The notes under the pieces are model-generated. The model saw only the letters and a program-made list of their open reading frames with translations. It made no database searches and was not told the DNA's origin. A stretch of DNA of 64,000 nt from Bugula neritina (taxonomy: Eukaryota > Animalia > Bryozoa), in the NCBI GenBank assembly GCA_964035545.1, contig OZ037765.1, forward strand, positions 2,604,001 to 2,668,000, written 5' to 3'. Made by a program: the position numbers and the translations under genes. This document shows, in pieces, positions 51,301 to 64,000 of the stretch (position 1 is its first letter; each line of letters begins with the position of its first letter).

Positions 51301-54300
51301 GTATCATAGTTGATGTATTCTTGGCTCACCAATAGTTGAAAGTACATTTCAGCCATATTGGAACCTAAAAATCAAATAGAATGTAGTAAACATTTTAATG
51401 CGCATGCCCAATAACAAAGTATATTTACCTAATTGGCAAACAAAGACTTTAAAGTTAATTGACACAATCAAAATGTTTATAGACCTGCAACTTGATAGCC
51501 TCATTTCAGAGTTGCTACGGTCATGATTTCTAACTGTAAAAATCTTGATGACTGTGCTTAGATCTAATCACACAGCAAACAAAATAATTCCTTTCATTTA
51601 CTTTTTTGTATAATCCCAAATGACTATTTGTTTTATTACCACAAACACTGGAATAGGTTTGAAAACCAACTATAATGCATAATTCAAAATAGAGGAACAT
51701 ATGCTTAAAAGCAATTACTCATACAACTATAAACATTTCTAAAACGATATTTGTTTATAATAAAAATTAAAACAGCTGTTCACTAAGAAATATGAAATGA
51801 TTTTGATAAATTTAGCAATAGCCAAATTTCTGAACTGGGAGAGTAAAAAGCTGTAATCTAAAAGTGTACCAGTTTCGAGGTCTCCAAAGTAGATAGAGAC
51901 ATTTGCATGGTGTTTGGCAATATCTTTTGCCACAACTCTGTAGTACGACTGAGGGTCAGCTGGATTTGTCTGAACTTTGAACTTTTCTGCAAAGCATATG
52001 CCTCGCTCATTTCCGTATTCTTCAATCGCTGCTGCTCCTTGAACACCAACGTCGTCATCAGAGTAAAGGAGCAAGATGTAAGACCAACCTTGCTTTATGG
52101 CTGCATCAACTAGAGCCTAAAATAGCAAACATACTATATAAATACATTAAGAATCTTGAACTCAAACCTACACACCCTAGTTGAAGCTCAAGACTGAAAT
52201 AATATTAAATTTCTCCAAACAGCAAACTACTCCAAGCTGAATTTATATAATAAACCATAAATCTACCTTACATATATATAACAGTTAGGCATAAAAATTT
52301 GCAACTCTCTGCTTAAATTTAAAATAGTACAGATTTTTGTACCCTACAGATTGGTTTAAACCATGCTTTATGTTTAAGCTTGCATGCAATGTTTTTACAA
52401 CCAACAGTACCAAACACCTGCACACACCTGGCCTTTGGTGATATCAGAAGGAACTGTTCTAAACACTGTGCTGTACTTGCTCGTGTCTGTCAATCCTGCA
52501 AGTGTTGCTGTGGGTGACAAGATGGGAATTCTTGTGTTATTAAGAAATTGGCCAACTGCCACAACATTACTATTCTCAAGGGGTCCAACAAAACCTTCAA
52601 TAAATAAATAAAAGTCATTTATTTGAATTAAAGAATGAAATAGATGATATACTGCAAACTTTTAGCATTTCATTAACATAAGAGATTTGCCAATATATCA
52701 ATGTTAGGTGAGTTTAGCATTACTATTTAAGCTTTTACTAAACAAATATTACTGAAATCAAAATGGTGGTTACTATAACATTAAAGTACCAAAACTTTTT
52801 ACTATATAGGTATACATGAAATCTAGAAGTCAGCGAAGTTATGTAAAATTTATTAATAAAATTTTCAACAAATTCAAGGTTGAAATCTAAATACCAAACT
52901 TCATAAAAACTAAACTAAAAAAGTTGCTAAGAAATGATGAAAAATTAAATAGAAAGCAGGATGTTTGGAAACCACGGTGCTATATTAATTATCACATCAT
53001 TGTTTATGTAGTGTTGAGTTTACCCAGCGGCCCAGTGGTGTGATGGTTAGCACACTTGCTTGCAAGCCAGAGGTCTAGGGTTCGATTCTCAGTGGGAGTA
53101 ATTATTTTTTAGTTTAAATTGTGCAATCACAGGGTATATTGCTTCTTCTTAGAATCCTTAGCTTACTGTACAGTATTTACTTAGTCAATACCTCTAATAT
53201 AGCTACAGCTCTATAACTGTGATGAAAATCAGAAATTCGATTCCTAATTGTTGATTATTAGTAAAGTCTACCTGATTCCTACTTAAACATGATGGTAAAC
53301 ACCTTTATTTGAAGATGTAGCTGAGAACGGGGAACTTAAATTGTCCCTGTAGTGTTGACTCTACTCAGTGGTCGCAGTGATGTAATGGTTAGTGTGCCTG
53401 CTTGCAAACCAGAGGTCTGAGGTTCGAATCCTACTTGAGGCAAAAGTTTTTATAACCTCTATTACTAACTTGTGGCATTTACATCACAATTTTGCACAGA
53501 AGCTTTTCAGCCAAACCATCTATTACACCAGCTATCATGAGTAGATGTTTAGTGATTTATTAGAGCAGAAGCTCTGTATAAGGCAGCAACCAGCGCCATT
53601 TCAGTGTTGTGTATCAACATGAATGATGTTGATGCAGAAACGAGATTCATTATCGCAGTATATAGCAATGGAGTAATATTATATTTTCCACTGACACATA
53701 CCTAACTTAAATAGCTGAGATTGTAATAATGTAGAGTATATTCCTTTAGCAAGTAACAACCTGGTGTTACAGGATTGAGAGTTTGAAAGTTATAGCTTCC
53801 AGTAATGTTTCCGCTCGCTCATATAATAAACAAAATGGCAGACAATGTAATAATACAGAGTATTAGTACCTAGTAGTAGAGAGTTGTCTACTTCTACATC
53901 TGATGAATGTAAGCATTGCTCCGTCTCAGCGCTATTCCATATTGTGGCAGGCAAGTGTTGGGCGGCGGACCTTATAGCCATACTTTGGTTGTTGGTTTGA
54001 ATGCCAAAAAATTCAATACCTACAATCAACCATTCTTTTTAGGATAGAGTGAATATGAATGAGAAAATGTTTTATTCAGTGTTATTTAGAGTCTATTCAA
54101 GTCTAACTAATTTCTTTTAGTATTTATAGCCAGATAACTTGCATGCATGACTTTGATTCAGTAGTAATACTACATGTGTTATGTAGTAGTACTAGTATTA
54201 GTAGGCCTTATAGTAAGTTCCACTGCTCTTAATATACATTAACTATATAATAGTTACAATGTTAAAGTAAAAATATACATATTTGGCATATATTATATCA

Positions 54301-55458
54301 TAGAAAAAATAGGAAACTTAAAATATCACAATTTTGTTATTCAAATAAGTTTGGATCATTTTGAAAATAAAAACTTATAAAATACAGTCTCATGGCTGGT
54401 ATTCTGTAAATCTATGAAGTGTTTTCAAAAGCATCTACTAATAACATAGTAGTGATGTCATATATAATGACTGCCTTAAGATTTGGTATATGTAATATAT
54501 TATATAATATATATGTATGAATAACAGACATAAATTAAATTATATAGAGTACAGTATGAATTGCCAAACAGCATGATAGATGATGCATTGAAAGAAATTA
54601 TTGATGAATTAATTTTATAACTAGATAAAAGTTCAAGGCTAGACTGTGATCTAGGAATGGGTTTACAAAATATTAAATAAAACACATATGCAATCAACGA
54701 TTAATAACCCCAAGCCAAGTGAAAGTAGAGTTGACATGAGCTCTACTGCAATGACGTCTGCTACTGCAGAAGATGATGCAATGACGTCTGCTACTGCAGA
54801 AGATGAGTTCTGATGCAATGACGTCTGCTACTGCAGAAGATGATGCAGTGACGTCTGCTACTGCAGAAGATGATGCAGTGACGTCTGCTAATGTATCATG
54901 ACTCACCGTAAGTGATGCCAGGCACTGCCAGCTCTGTCTGGTTACTATTGACTAAACTCAAGACATACTCTGCTGCCAGAGCTAGAGCCAGCGCTGAGGG
55001 ATTCACGTCAGCTGATGGTGCGCAGGTTTCTGTTGGGTCCAACTCTAGTAAAGCTACTAAATGAACTTTCTTTGAACCAAAATCTGAAAGTTATAAACAA
55101 AATTATTACAGCGAGTACAAGCTTCTTCATTATAGGTGCATTATAAGCTCAGCTAACTTCTTGAAGTAAAAACTTTAAGGGGAAAATTAGCTCAGTTACA
55201 TTATTTCTAAAACTGAAGCCTAAGCTGGTTTATAGAGCATGATGAAAACTAATACACATGCTCTTCAAACCTCAAACCAAGTTACATTGCCTAAAAGATG
55301 GACTTTACTATAACACTTGCCATGCTTGATTTATTTGTACCGTGAAGCAAGTTTATAGCAATTATGTGTATAATCTCACCTGTACACGATCCATTCACTG
55401 CTTGCAGGGAACTGACCAAAGTGATGAGATGGATAACTGAGCAAATGAATTTCTCCAT
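48360..55458 (-). CDS. Class C GPCR-related single-pass receptor, paralog B (signal peptide, 2x Venus flytrap, 1 TM, short tail), about 1179 aa
   Basis: Seven in-frame exons with the same phases as paralog A: 55380-55458 (MEKFICSVIHLITLVSSLQAVNGSC), 54907-55083, 53870-54019, 52428-52594, 51870-52116, 48971-51364, 48360-48685. Motifs VFRTVPSD (VFT1) and QQISYGSTS..FLRTVPED..YGKTG..ASDTW..FWQKTFNC (VFT2). TM LLIFCFLLVIVLLVLAGVIMY. Confidence 0.85.
53011..53100 (+). mobile_element. tRNA-derived SINE-like repeat, same family
   Basis: GTGGTGTGATGGTTAGCACACTTGCTTGCAAGCCAGAGGTCTAGGGTTCGATTC. Confidence 0.68.
53352..53456 (+). mobile_element. tRNA-derived SINE-like repeat, same family
   Basis: GTGATGTAATGGTTAGTGTGCCTGCTTGCAAACCAGAGGTCTGAGGTTCGAATCC...GGCAAAAGTTTT. 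Confidence 0.7.
54744..54890. repeat. 30-bp minisatellite, paralog B intron 2
   Basis: About 5 units of the same unit as 45034-45160, including the shared GAGTTCTGATG variant. Confidence 0.9.
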
Positions 55459-56327
55459 ACTGAGCTACTTTCAGCTTGTAGTAGCTGCTATATTATAGTA
55501 ATGCTGGAGAAAATGTAGATGTTGAATCCAGAGTGAGCAATGAAGCAAATAATAAAGCTTGTAGTCTCATGTTAAAGAGGAAGTAAAGTAGATGAAGCAT
55601 TAACATATATAGAATTTCGAAATACCTTTGCAGCAAGCTTGCAGTCTGCAAACAAACATGTGACTACTGGTTTTTTTGGGGAACTACAATAACAATCATA
55701 TAGCCAGTTTCAGGTTTTGCATCAACAGATGTAATTTTGCATAAGATTGCATGGTGTTGGTATATTATGTATTACCAGTTTTTTTATTAATGTTTTTAGA
55801 CTATGTTCCATCAACACATGTATCATCAGTTTATATTAATATTTAAGGCTTTCGAAGAGCTGGCACAACTCTACCTATTGTGTTTGTATCATAAAAATTA
55901 GCTTAATAGAAATACTATCAGCTCAAATAATTTAATGGAGCAAAACTAAGCAAAATGCATTTCTTTCGAGAGCTTTGGCCACCATGTATTTATATTAACA
56001 TATGCTGACAAATCATAATTTACATTCAAATTTACAAAAAGCATTACATCAATTCCGTAATGAAAAGAAAAATAATTACAAAATTTAGGGCAGTGAAATT
56101 AATTGTTTAATAAATATGCCAACTTGTAATACCAGGTAAAAACATGACCAGAGGTAAAAGTAAACAAATGTTATATACACAGGAATATTCAAATGTTTGC
56201 ACATAGTGTGAGGTTAGATTATACAAAATATAACATGAATAAATAAGACAACAAAATTTGGTATCTCGTGAATTTATACATTCAATACATGCACTGGTAG
56301 ATTCTTCTCACTGGCCTAAAATACAAG

Positions 56328-63365
<7,038 letters not shown>

Positions 63366-64000
63366 TTACTATTCTTTATGTTGACTTCTTCCAGAGCTGA
63401 TGACCGATTCACTACCAGGAAATAACGTTGCTAACACTGTAACACAAAAAACACAAATGGTAACCTGGATTTACTTGAGAATAACTGAGTTACTAGCCGA
63501 GTCTTAGTATTTAATTAAGTGTTTCAGATTATCTGAAGGGGAAGCTATTACATTCAATTGTCTCAGTGTGATACGCTAAATATAATTGACAGTTGCAAGG
63601 AATATTACAATAATTCAAATAATGCACTACAGATAACTTTTCAACACTTGGTGGTTTGGCAATCTACAATTTTTCTCTGATTAGTAGAACAAGTGAAAAA
63701 TTTAATAATATAAAACTAAGAGTAATAAAATACTGATTAAACCCTAATCAGTTCATGGAGGTTATATCTAGTCATTCCCAACCCACTGGAAGTACTCAAA
63801 GAGATAACGATGATTCAGAAAAATTTTTAATGGAGTGCCCAAACTTGTAGGTAATTAGAAAAATTAATATTTGGTTACACAGTTGGTGCCACAACCAGAA
63901 TCTTTGGTCAATTTCAACTGGTCTGAGTGCTTACTGAGTTAGAATAATAATGTGGTGGTCACTGTTAATTTATGATTTGATACAAATTAATCTCATTACT

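Noticed and set aside
54694-54906. 70-aa ORF with DVTASSSAVA repeats
   Set aside because: It starts at the exon-2 donor and simply translates the intronic 30-bp minisatellite

Overview
AT-rich, intron-containing animal genomic DNA, probably from an invertebrate; a lophotrochozoan origin is only an inference. Seven protein-coding genes were reconstructed exon by exon from GT-AG boundaries and frame continuity, all on the minus strand. From left to right they are: a MAK/CILK1(ICK)-family kinase (3' end off the window), a DCLK3-like doublecortin kinase, a TOM70-like receptor, coatomer delta (ARCN1), two tandem paralogous class C GPCR-related receptors, and HDAC3. Four observations stand out. (1) Both receptor paralogs have a signal peptide, TWO tandem Venus-flytrap (mGluR/CaSR-like) domains, only ONE transmembrane helix and a short disordered tail, with no 7TM. 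(2) One exon plus its adjacent intronic minisatellite is almost identical between these otherwise very divergent paralogs, suggesting gene conversion. (3) The MAK kinase carries two old, intact copies of the 133-bp HRD-DFG-TDY exon, which look mutually exclusive. (4) One HDAC3 intron is built almost entirely from tandem copies of its own exon/intron junctions (7 decoy donors and 1 decoy acceptor). tRNA-derived repeats, several minisatellites and RFX X-box-like motifs are also present. All calls are by eye; no database searches were run.
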